Source: an uncultured bacterium (GTDB lineage Bacteria; Gemmatimonadota; Gemmatimonadetes; Gemmatimonadales; Gemmatimonadaceae). From it: a stretch of DNA of 29,655 bases. The translations under genes were made by a program, and so were the position numbers. Positions within the stretch are counted from its first letter, which is position 1. Every line of letters starts with the position of its first letter. Shown here one piece after another: positions 1-7,892 of the stretch. The stretch lies in NCBI GenBank assembly GCA_963978095.1, contig CAXBQP010000037.1, forward strand, positions 1 through 29,655. The letters are read 5' to 3'. The notes under the pieces are model-generated. The model saw only the letters and a list, made by a program, of their open reading frames with translations, ran no database searches and was not told where the DNA came from.

Positions 1-441
1 AAACCATAGCTCGCCTTGTGGAATATCTTTCGTTACCACGCTTCCAGCACCAATCATCGCATTTTCACCTATCGTGATGCCGCTAAGAATTGTCGCATTG
101 GCGCCTATGGAAGCGCCTTTCTTGACTATGGTTCTCAAAAATTGATCTGGGTATACTTTTGACCTTGGATATTTATCGTTAGTGAAAGTGACATTCGGGC
201 CGATGAATACATCGTCTTCGATTGTTATTCCATCCCACAGTTGTACCCCGCATTTTACTGTTACGTTATCACCAATTTCTACGTCATTCTCTATAAAACA
301 ATGCGCATTTATGTTGCAGTTATTGCCAATCTTTGCACCCTTCAAGATAATTGAGTTTTGCCACACGAACGTTTCGCTGCCAATCAGCGCAGTTTGAACT
401 TCGGCTTTTTCGTGAATGAATCGCGGGGATTTGGTAGTCAT
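1..441 (-). CDS. Hexapeptide-repeat (left-handed beta-helix) NDP-amino-sugar N-acetyltransferase, WxcM/QdtC/WlbB-like; 3' end runs off the window
   Basis: Manual translation (not in ORF track): [95 protein letters not shown]...[36 protein letters not shown]-like GAGGA upstream of ATG at 441; AT-rich codon usage. Confidence 0.9.
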   Translation of the reverse strand, partial: MTTKSPRFIHEKAEVQTALIGSETFVWQNSIILKGAKIGNNCNINAHCFIENDVEIGDNVTVKCGVQLWDGITIEDDVFIGPNVTFTNDKYPRSKVYPDQFLRTIVKKGASIGANATILSGITIGENAMIGAGSVVTKDIPQGELWF

Positions 442-745
442 TTTCTTTCCTCGAAAAAAGTGAAAGATTCTTCTCGGCGAAGTGGACGTAAGATGATACG
501 CTTGATCATTAGCGACGCGAATACGGTTCCCCTCGACTGCCGGCGTAGGTTGTGTTCGTGACTACGTTCGCAAAAGCTGTCATGGCAATCACAAGAAATT
601 AAACATGCAATCGGGACCAAGTCCCGCTGATACATCACGCGATCCTCTCTAACGCCAGACCTGTGCATGTCAAGGTGTTTCGACGCCGGCCACAGGTGGG
701 TAGCATCCGGCGGTGTCGAGCGTCGAGTTTGTGCCGCCTGTGCGC

Positions 746-773
746 GGGACGAATTTTGGGACGAATTTGGGGA
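746..773 (+). repeat. Tandem direct repeat GGGACGAATTT x2 (12-bp period) plus a partial third copy; candidate integrase arm-type sites
   Basis: GGGACGAATTT at 746-756 and 758-768, then GGGGA; about 100 bp inside the att-like tRNA fragment. Confidence 0.55.
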
Positions 774-866
774 ACCGGAGGGAATTGTTGCATAAGGCAA
801 GCCGCGTATCTTGTTGGTTTCATGCCCCTTTGCGCCCCCGTGTTATCATCACACTTTCGGGGCATT

Positions 867-891
867 GAGGTTCAAATCCTCTCGCCCCGAC
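867..891 (+). other. 3' fragment of tRNA-Pro (T-arm plus acceptor 3' strand); probable att site duplication
   Basis: GAGGTTCAAATCCTCTCGCCCCGAC matches the 3' end of CGGGGCG-type tRNA-Pro genes. No D-arm or anticodon arm upstream. Confidence 0.75.
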
Positions 892-901
892 TGATGTCGC
901 C

Positions 902-945
902 AATGACGCGGGGCCCTCGGTCGACACCGAGGGCCCCGCGTCGTT
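902..945. terminator. Strong hairpin, probably a bidirectional terminator
   Basis: Perfect 17-bp stem GACGCGGGGCCCTCGGT (905-921) / ACCGAGGGCCCCGCGTC (926-942) with a 4-nt loop, between the tRNA fragment and the convergent lipoprotein stop. Confidence 0.75.
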
Positions 946-973
946 CGTGACTGAACCAGCTACCGCCGCGTGC

Positions 974-1915
974 TCACCGGCAGACGGTCGCCGTGCCGCT
1001 GTTGACGGTTCCGCCGGCGCTTCCCGTGCTGCCGCTGGTGCTGCCGCTGGTGCTGTTCCCCGACGTTGTCGTGACCCCGCCGCTGATGCTGATCGGACCG
1101 GTGGTGCAGGTCTTGGTCACGCCGTTGTACGTCACGACCATCGTGGAGCTGCCATCAGCGTGAAAAGTCAGCACCGAGTGCATGCTGAGCGGGGTCGTCG
1201 CGGCCACCGTCACGACTTCATCGTTGGTGATCGAGCCGCCGATCGGGATCTGTGCCGTCTTGCCAATGGGCGGAAAGAGCACATTCGCGGTCACGGTGGA
1301 CTGCACGATGTGCGTTTTCTGTGCGCTGGTGCCGGTACCCAAGGTGAGGTCGTTGGTCAGACTCGACACCCCGTTCATGGTGCGCTGCGGGCCGAGGAGG
1401 CCGCCCATGGTCATGTCGTCGGAGCGGTCGATGGTCGAGGTGCCGGCCATGACGGGCGGGCTGACGGCGGTGGCGGTCCCTGCGGCGCCGGGCGTGCCGA
1501 CCATGCCGATGACGCTGGGCATGGTGTAGGTCCCCTTGGCGGTGGTCAGGGTGCGCACGGCATTGATGCGCTTGGCGTCCGGGGTGCTGAGGAAGGTGCC
1601 GCTGGCGTCACTCAGCCAATAGGTGCGGGTATAGGTGATCCCGTTGGCGGTGATCGGCGGGCAGACGAAGTTCTGGGTGGCCGCCGTGTAGACACAGGGC
1701 CCGGGAATCACGCCGCTTGGCACCGCAGCACTCGACGGAACCGCTCCGGTCGCGATCGCCCCGGAGGAGACGTTGGCGGTGCTGTTGAGCTCGCTCAGGA
1801 CATTCGCGACGTCGAGCGTGGTGTCCGCCGGTCCGGTGGATGTGCTTTTGCAGGACGCGGCCAGTACGACAGCGGCGAGCAGCGCTTGGGCGGAACGGCG
1901 AGCAGTACGTGGCAT
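974..1915 (-). CDS. Hypothetical Thr/Ser/Gly-rich beta-strand lipoprotein
   Basis: ATG at 1915 with AGGAG 5 nt upstream; signal MPRTARRSAQALLAAVVLAAS-C with lipobox; two likely Cys pairs; high-GC3 codon usage; 12-bp tandem repeat at 1026-1055 encodes STSG units. Confidence 0.8.
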   Translation of the reverse strand: MPRTARRSAQALLAAVVLAASCKSTSTGPADTTLDVANVLSELNSTANVSSGAIATGAVPSSAAVPSGVIPGPCVYTAATQNFVCPPITANGITYTRTYWLSDASGTFLSTPDAKRINAVRTLTTAKGTYTMPSVIGMVGTPGAAGTATAVSPPVMAGTSTIDRSDDMTMGGLLGPQRTMNGVSSLTNDLTLGTGTSAQKTHIVQSTVTANVLFPPIGKTAQIPIGGSITNDEVVTVAATTPLSMHSVLTFHADGSSTMVVTYNGVTKTCTTGPISISGGVTTTSGNSTSGSTSGSTGSAGGTVNSGTATVCR

Positions 1916-1955
1916 TGGCGCTCCTGGTCGAGGCGGTAGTTCGCGTGTCGCCACT

Positions 1956-1985
1956 ATAGTAGCACAACATTGACACCCACCGCAA
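1956..1985 (-). promoter_or_regulatory. Putative sigma70 promoter for the lipoprotein gene
   Basis: Minus strand TTGCGG-N18-TACTAT with an extended -10 TGn; overlaps the divergent susC promoter. Confidence 0.5.
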
Positions 1986-1998
1986 ATTTACCTACTCT
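1970..1998 (+). promoter_or_regulatory. Putative sigma70 promoter for the susC-susD operon
   Basis: TTGACA (1970-1975), 17-nt spacer, TACTCT (1993-1998). Confidence 0.7.
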
Positions 1999-2231
1999 AC
2001 GACATGGTGCCCTGGAGACCGATGCCGGTCAATCCCAGTGGGACGCGGTAGGCCACTCGGCCTGAAGGACCGCTGGTCCCTGTCCCCGATTTTCGTCGGG
2101 ACGCATCGTCGCGCCCATCGCAGGTTCATGCAGCACCGGTACCCCACCGGGGTTTTTTGCACGTGCGTGGGCGGGTCCGCGGTCGGTCGTGGCCCGTTCC
2201 TCCCCCGTTCCACCCCCCTTCACACTCCTCA

Positions 2232-5200
2232 ATGATGAAGAGAAAACTTCTCACACTGGTGCTGGGCAGTTTCCTGCTGGCCTCACCAGCACTCGCCCAG
2301 CAGAAGACCGTCACCGGCACGGTGACGAGCGAGCAGGGGAATCCCCTGCCGGGCGTCCAGGTCGTGGTCAAAGGAACAACCACCGGTACGCTCACGAACA
2401 ACGACGGTGCGTACTCCGTCCGGGCGGCCGTCGGGCAGGTGCTGCAGTACCGCCTGATCGGCAACGCGCCGGTGGAGCGGACGGTTGGTGCCGAGAACGT
2501 GATCAATGTGTCGCTCAAGAAGGTGGTCGCGAGCCTGGACGCCATGGTGGTGACCGCGCTTGGCCAGACCGCGTCGCAGCGCTCGCTCGGTACCTCGCAG
2601 CAGGCCGTGCAGGGGCCCGAGATCGCGCAGACGCAGCGTGAGAACTTCATCAACTCGCTGCAGGGACGCGTGGCCGGCGTGGACGTGACGAGCAGCTCCG
2701 GCGTGCCGGGTGCGTCGACCACGATCACGATCCGCGGCGTGAGCTCGGTGAGCTCGAGCAACCAGCCGCTGATCATCGTGGACGGCCTCCCGCTCGACAA
2801 CAAGACGCTGGCGACCGGCGTGCTGGCATCGGACGCGCCCGGCTCGTTGACCGCGTTCAACAACCGCGGTGTCGACTTCACGAACCGCGCGGCGGACTTG
2901 AACCCGGAGGACATCGAGTCGCTCGTGGTCCTCAAGGGACCGGAAGCCTCGGCGCTCTACGGCATCGACGCCGCCAACGGCGCGATCGTGATCACGACGA
3001 AGCGGGGCCAGGCGAACGGCGGCTTCTCGTACAGCAACAGCTACCGCATCGAGAGCACCAACGCGAGACCCGAGGTGCAGCGCGTGTACAGCCCGACGTC
3101 GATCAGCGGCGGGGCGTTGGGGGCGTTCAGCTACTTCGGCACCCCGTACGCCGCCGGGACGACGTTCTACGACAACATCAGCGGCTTCTTCCGCTCGGCG
3201 GTGACGCAGAAGCACAACATCTCGTTCAGTGGTGCGGCGCCCGACGGCCGGATCAACTACCGAGTGGCCGCCTCGACCGACAAGCAGCAGGGTGTGATTC
3301 CCGGCGCCGATTATCAGCGCACGAACATCACCGCAGCGTCGCAGGCCCAGGTGTTGAACTGGCTGAAGACGGACGTGTCGATGTCGTATTCGAAGGCCGA
3401 CAACAACCAGGGCTTCAAGGGGACGGGTGGTCCGCTCCTCGGCCTGTTGCTCTGGCCGGCGACGGACAACGCCAAGGACTATCTCTCCGCCGCCGGGACG
3501 CGACGCCGCGTGACGGCGTTGGCAACGGCGTCGGAAGTCGATAATCCGTACTTCAACGTCAACAAGAACCGTTTGAACTCCTCGACGGGGCGCTACATCC
3601 TGAACTTCGGGCTCGTGCTGACGCCGTTCAACTGGGGCGAGTTGAAGACCAACATCGGCGTGGACAACTACACCAACTCGAATCTGCTCCTGCGCCACCC
3701 GGAGAGCGCCTACGGCTACACGTACAACGGCGTGCTCGACGTGGCGGACGACATGACGCGCAACCTGAGCGCGCAGACGATCCTGAATGTCTTCCCGAAG
3801 ACCATCGGCAAGAGCTTCACGGTGAGCGGGCTGGTCGGGCACTCCGTGGCCGATTACTACTCCAACACCGACGCGCTCAAGGGTCAGGACTTCCTGGATC
3901 CGAACTTCGTCTCGGTCAACAACACGAATCTGCGCACGAACCGCACGACGCTCTCGCAGCGCCGCCTGGTGAGCGCGTTCGGGCAGGCCACGCTCGAGTA
4001 CCGGAAGTACCTGTACCTCAACGTCACCGGCCGTAACGACTGGACGTCGACGATCCCCGAGGGGTCGAACTCGTTCTTCTATCCGTCGGTGTCGATGAGC
4101 TATGTGTTCTCCGACGCCTTCCCGAAGCTCGGGAAGTACATGACCGGCAAGTTGCGTGGTGCCTACGCTGCGGTGGGCAAGGACGCCCGTCCGTATGCGT
4201 ACAAGACCTCGCTCGAGTACAAGACGACCACGAACGGCGGCTACGGCTACGGCTTCTACGGCCCGAACCTCAAGCTGATGCCCGAGTTCGCCAAGTCGTA
4301 TGAGTTCGGCACGGAGTTGACCTTCCTGGACAACCGGTTGGGCCTCGACGTGACCGCGTATCGCAAGCGGACGGAGAACCAGATCGTCAACGACATCCGC
4401 GGCAGCTACGCGACCGGCTTCATCCTGTTCAACCTGAACGGCGCATCGACGCAGAACGAAGGGCTCGAGATCACGTTGAAGGGCACGCCGATCCTGAAGC
4501 GCGACTACTCGTGGGACTTCCTGGTGAACTTCGCCAAGGGGCGCAGCAAGGTGCTCGCGCTGCCGAATGCCCTCCCCGAGTCGTACATGTCGGACACGTG
4601 GCTGTATGGCAACGTGCGCAGCGGCGTGATGCCCGGGCTGTCGACGATGTCGCTCACCGGTTTGTACTATCTGCGCAACACGGCCGGCGACATCCTGATC
4701 GACCCGACGACCGGGCTCCCGCTCCGGTCGGCGACGTTCATCGATCACGGCTACGATCGTCAGCCGGACTACACGATCGGCGTCAGCAACACCTTCAAGT
4801 TCAAGAACCTCTCGCTCGACTTCCTGATCGACATCCGGAAGGGCGGCGACATCTTCAACGCGACGCAGCACTACCTGACCACGGTCGGGCTCGCGACCAG
4901 CACGTTGGACCGTGAGACCCCGCGGATCATCAAGGGCGTGCTCCGTGACGGCAAGGAGAACAGCACCACGCCGACGCCCAACAACATCGTCGTCGTGCCG
5001 GCGGTGCAGACGGCGTACTACACCAGCATGAGCGAAGAGCTGTTCATCGAGAAGAACATCAACTGGATCCGCCTCAAGGACGTGACGCTCCGGTATCAGC
5101 TGCCGAAGGGCTGGCTGTGGAACGCCAAGAACGCGAGCGTCTTCCTGACCGGAACGGACCTGTACCTCAAGACCAACTACACCGGTCTCGATCCGATCGT

Positions 5201-5306
5201 CAACGGCAACTCGGCGGCGGTCGGCGGCGCGGGTGGTGCGGGCATCGACTTCGGCAACTTCCCGATTCCGCGCGGCGTCAGCTTCGGCCTGAAGGTGGGT
5301 TTCTGA
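2232..5306 (+). CDS. susC: SusC/RagA-family TonB-dependent outer-membrane transporter
   Basis: Signal peptide (…SPALA|QQ); N-terminal carboxypeptidase-regulatory-like domain (VTGTVTSEQGNPLPGVQVVVKGT); plug motif IESLVVLKGPEASALYGIDAANGAIVITTK; barrel ending in Phe. Start at ATG 2232 or 2235. Confidence 0.95.
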   Translation: MMKRKLLTLVLGSFLLASPALAQQKTVTGTVTSEQGNPLPGVQVVVKGTTTGTLTNNDGAYSVRAAVGQVLQYRLIGNAPVERTVGAENVINVSLKKVVASLDAMVVTALGQTASQRSLGTSQQAVQGPEIAQTQRENFINSLQGRVAGVDVTSSSGVPGASTTITIRGVSSVSSSNQPLIIVDGLPLDNKTLATGVLASDAPGSLTAFNNRGVDFTNRAADLNPEDIESLVVLKGPEASALYGIDAANGAIVITTKRGQANGGFSYSNSYRIESTNARPEVQRVYSPTSISGGALGAFSYFGTPYAAGTTFYDNISGFFRSAVTQKHNISFSGAAPDGRINYRVAASTDKQQGVIPGADYQRTNITAASQAQVLNWLKTDVSMSYSKADNNQGFKGTGGPLLGLLLWPATDNAKDYLSAAGTRRRVTALATASEVDNPYFNVNKNRLNSSTGRYILNFGLVLTPFNWGELKTNIGVDNYTNSNLLLRHPESAYGYTYNGVLDVADDMTRNLSAQTILNVFPKTIGKSFTVSGLVGHSVADYYSNTDALKGQDFLDPNFVSVNNTNLRTNRTTLSQRRLVSAFGQATLEYRKYLYLNVTGRNDWTSTIPEGSNSFFYPSVSMSYVFSDAFPKLGKYMTGKLRGAYAAVGKDARPYAYKTSLEYKTTTNGGYGYGFYGPNLKLMPEFAKSYEFGTELTFLDNRLGLDVTAYRKRTENQIVNDIRGSYATGFILFNLNGASTQNEGLEITLKGTPILKRDYSWDFLVNFAKGRSKVLALPNALPESYMSDTWLYGNVRSGVMPGLSTMSLTGLYYLRNTAGDILIDPTTGLPLRSATFIDHGYDRQPDYTIGVSNTFKFKNLSLDFLIDIRKGGDIFNATQHYLTTVGLATSTLDRETPRIIKGVLRDGKENSTTPTPNNIVVVPAVQTAYYTSMSEELFIEKNINWIRLKDVTLRYQLPKGWLWNAKNASVFLTGTDLYLKTNYTGLDPIVNGNSAAVGGAGGAGIDFGNFPIPRGVSFGLKVGF

Positions 5307-5371
5307 CGCGCGCGCGCGGCAGCACCCTCCGATCCGTCATGAGAAACTCTCCCATTTCCTCATACCAGTCG

Positions 5372-6946
5372 ATGCGAAAAATCAACGGTATACTGCTGGC
5401 AGGACTCCTCGCGCTGCCCTTGAGCAGCTGCAAGGATTTCCTCGCGGTGAACACGAACCCCAACGCTCCACAGACGGTGTCGGCGAATCTGTATCTCTCG
5501 CCGATGCTCCACTGGATGGTGACCTCTCCGCAGTATGACGCCCGTTTCGTGGGCCGCTACGCGCAGGAGTGGACGCTTCCCGGGTCCAGCCTCAGCACGT
5601 GGGACCGCATGGGCTACGACCCGTCGAGCGACAACGGCGCGCAGCAGTGGCGCGACGTGTACTGGACCCTCGGTCAGAATCTCGTGGACATGATGACCAA
5701 GGCCGAAGCGGAGCAGCGCTGGGATCTGCTCGGCGTGGGCTACATCCTGAAGGCGTGGGGCTGGCAGGTGACGACCGACTTGCATGGCGAGATCATCGTC
5801 AAGGAAGCGATCGACGCGTCGCGCTTCGCGTTCGATTACGACACGCAGGAGTATGCGTACACGGAAATCCAGCGCCTGCTGAACCTGGCGATCACGAACC
5901 TGAAGCGCACCGACGGCGCGGTCGACGCCACGTATCTCGGGCGCACGGACAAGATCTACAACGGTGACCGCACCAAGTGGCTCAAGTACGCCTACGGCCT
6001 GCTCGCGCGGAATCTGAACCACTACTCGAACAAGGCGACGTACAAGCCGGCGGACGTGATCGCGGCGGTCGACGCCTCGTTCGCGAGCAGCTCCGACGAC
6101 GCGCTGTTGGCGTATCCGGCGACCCAGAACGACGACATGAACTTCCTCGGTCGTACGCGCGCCAACCTGCCGTCGTATCGGCAGACCGCGTTCGTGGTGA
6201 ACCTGATGAACGGCACGGCGTTCGGCGGCGCGGTGGACCCGCGCATGAGCCGCATGTTGTCGCCGTCGCCGGACGGCTTGTACCGCGGCTTGGACATCAA
6301 CACGACCGGGTTCGGCGCTCTCACGACGGCGCAGCAGCCGAACAACTTCTTCGGTCAGGTTGGCTCTGGCACCACCGCCGGCATTCCGAGCCGGTACATC
6401 TTTGATGACAAGACGAAGTTGCCGGCGATGACCTACGCCGAGTTGCAGTTCATCAAGGCGGAGGCGGCGTACAAGAGCGGGGACAAGGCGACGGCCCTCA
6501 CGGCCTACAAGAACGCCCTGTCGGCGCACTTCGACTGGGTGAACGCCCGCAACACGGACAACGGGCAGGCCCCGACGCAGATCACCGCGGCGGAGAAGGC
6601 CGCGTTCCTGGCGGACGTCCGGATCGTGCCGGCGGCGGCCGCGTCGCTGACGCTGACCCAGATCATGTCGCAGAAGTACATCGCCCTGTGGGGCTGGGGG
6701 CACAACGAGATCTGGATGGATCTGCGCCGGTACCACTATACCGATATGGATCCGGCCGGCGCGGCTCAGGTGTATCCGGGCTTCGCGCCGCCCACGAACT
6801 TGTATGCCGACAACAACGGCAAGATCGTGCAGCGCATCCGTCCGCGTTACAACTCGGAGTATGTGTGGAACCGTGCCGGCCTCGACGTGATCGGCGGTCT
6901 GGCGCTGGACTACCACACGAAGCCGATGTGGATCATTCAACCGTAA
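5372..6946 (+). CDS. susD: SusD/RagB-family substrate-binding lipoprotein
   Basis: Lipobox LSS-C followed by KDFLAVNTNPN; motifs TDLHGEI, YAELQFIKAEA, IMSQKYIALW, EIWMDLRR; directly after susC. Alternative start at 5339. Confidence 0.93.
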   Translation: MRKINGILLAGLLALPLSSCKDFLAVNTNPNAPQTVSANLYLSPMLHWMVTSPQYDARFVGRYAQEWTLPGSSLSTWDRMGYDPSSDNGAQQWRDVYWTLGQNLVDMMTKAEAEQRWDLLGVGYILKAWGWQVTTDLHGEIIVKEAIDASRFAFDYDTQEYAYTEIQRLLNLAITNLKRTDGAVDATYLGRTDKIYNGDRTKWLKYAYGLLARNLNHYSNKATYKPADVIAAVDASFASSSDDALLAYPATQNDDMNFLGRTRANLPSYRQTAFVVNLMNGTAFGGAVDPRMSRMLSPSPDGLYRGLDINTTGFGALTTAQQPNNFFGQVGSGTTAGIPSRYIFDDKTKLPAMTYAELQFIKAEAAYKSGDKATALTAYKNALSAHFDWVNARNTDNGQAPTQITAAEKAAFLADVRIVPAAAASLTLTQIMSQKYIALWGWGHNEIWMDLRRYHYTDMDPAGAAQVYPGFAPPTNLYADNNGKIVQRIRPRYNSEYVWNRAGLDVIGGLALDYHTKPMWIIQP

Positions 6947-6953
6947 CCCACAC

Positions 6954-7724
6954 ATGACCAAACTCAAGACTCTCGGGCTGCTCCTGAGCGCAGCCATGCT
7001 CGCCTCGTGTGGGACGTCGTCGATCCAGGACATCACTGGACCGTTGGCGGGTGCCCGCATCCGGTTCTTCAACTTCGGCATCAATGCGCCGAGCGTGAAC
7101 TTCTACGCGAACGGCACCAAGATGTCGGCGACGAGTTCGACCACCGGCGTGGAAGCCACGACCGGTGTGTCGTACGGCAGCGTGAGCGCCGGTGGGAACT
7201 ACTCGACGATCGCCCCGGGATCCTACGCCCTGACCGGCAAGATCGCCGCGACGGTCGACAAGGACCTCGTGGTGTCGTCACTGACGGGCGCGGTCGCCAA
7301 TGGCAAGTTGTACTCGTTCTACATCAGCGGGTTCTACGATGCCACGGCGAAGTCGGTGGAAGGGTTCCTGGTGGAGGACGCCATGCCGGCGACCTTCGAT
7401 TACACCCAGGCGTATGTCCGATTCGTGAATGCGAGCCCGAACTCGAGCCCGATGACGCTGTTCGCCAAGAACACGACGACGACCACGGAAGTCGCGGTCG
7501 GCGATCTCGTGGCCTACAAGGCGGCCGGCGCGTTCACGGCCGTGCCGGCAGCGGTGTACGACCTTGGCACGCGTGTGTCCGGTTCGAGCACGAATGCCAT
7601 CAGCCGTACGGCGGTGTCGTTCGTCGCTGGCAAGTATTACACGATCACGGCGCGCGGCGACATGACCATCGTGTCGACGACGTTGACGAACCGCCCGTAC
7701 CTGGACAACACCGCGAACCGGTAA
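6954..7724 (+). CDS. DUF4397-like surface lipoprotein associated with SusCD
   Basis: Lipobox LAS-C; two repeated domains (ARIRFFNFGINAPSVNFYAN / AYVRFVNASPNSSPMTLF; GKLYSFY / GKYYTIT). Confidence 0.8.
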   Translation: MTKLKTLGLLLSAAMLASCGTSSIQDITGPLAGARIRFFNFGINAPSVNFYANGTKMSATSSTTGVEATTGVSYGSVSAGGNYSTIAPGSYALTGKIAATVDKDLVVSSLTGAVANGKLYSFYISGFYDATAKSVEGFLVEDAMPATFDYTQAYVRFVNASPNSSPMTLFAKNTTTTTEVAVGDLVAYKAAGAFTAVPAAVYDLGTRVSGSSTNAISRTAVSFVAGKYYTITARGDMTIVSTTLTNRPYLDNTANR

Positions 7725-7747
7725 CGCCCGCGGATTCCGGATCGACC

Positions 7748-7788
7748 ACGAAGCCCCTCAGGCGATGGCCTGGGGGGCTTCGTACTTT
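7748..7788 (+). terminator. Intrinsic terminator of the susCD operon
   Basis: ACGAAGCCCCTCAGGC-GATG-GCCTGGGGGGCTTCGT stem-loop followed by ACTTT. Confidence 0.75.
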
Positions 7789-7892
7789 CGGACAGCGCCA
7801 TGGGCCGTGGAAAGGGAGACGGGCAGGCCAGTCCTGTGCTATTTTCCAGAGCGGCAGTTCCCGTACGGTCTCGGCCCTCTCTCGGTGCTTGC

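Larger units (their letters stand above)
1..891. mobile_element. Right end of a tRNA-Pro-integrated genomic island (polysaccharide-biosynthesis cargo)
   Basis: GC is about 40% in sampled lines versus roughly 65-70% downstream. The segment ends at a tRNA-Pro 3' fragment (867-891) preceded by tandem GGGACGAATTT repeats. No integrase in the window. Confidence 0.65.

Noticed and set aside
438..800. 120-aa minus ORF with ATGA overlap to the acetyltransferase (possible FdtA/WxcM partner)
   Set aside because: No cupin or other motif; it spans the att-arm repeats and promoter-like DNA; the acetyltransferase has its own SD.
815..891. Complete tRNA-Pro gene
   Set aside because: Only the T-arm and 3' acceptor strand match; no D-arm or anticodon stem can be folded.
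947..1939. 330-aa plus-strand ORF
   Set aside because: Antisense shadow of the lipoprotein gene; Arg/Gly/Ala-rich composition typical of GC-rich off-frames.
1932..1942. ops-like GGCGGTAG element
   Set aside because: Lies upstream of the plus-strand promoter and is antisense to the lipoprotein leader, so it would not be transcribed in the functional orientation.
2005..2110. Cobalamin or glycine riboswitch upstream of the TonB-dependent receptor
   Set aside because: Only fragments (GGTGCCC, GCCACT, GAAGG) resemble them; the core GGGAA..CCCGCAACTGT or GGAGA..CTCTCAGG elements are absent.
2283..7084. Long antisense ORFs (862 aa, 574 aa) and similar shadows elsewhere (7839-9677, 25104-26444, 27876-29234)
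   Set aside because: Expected stop-poor reverse frames of high-GC3 genes; no motifs.
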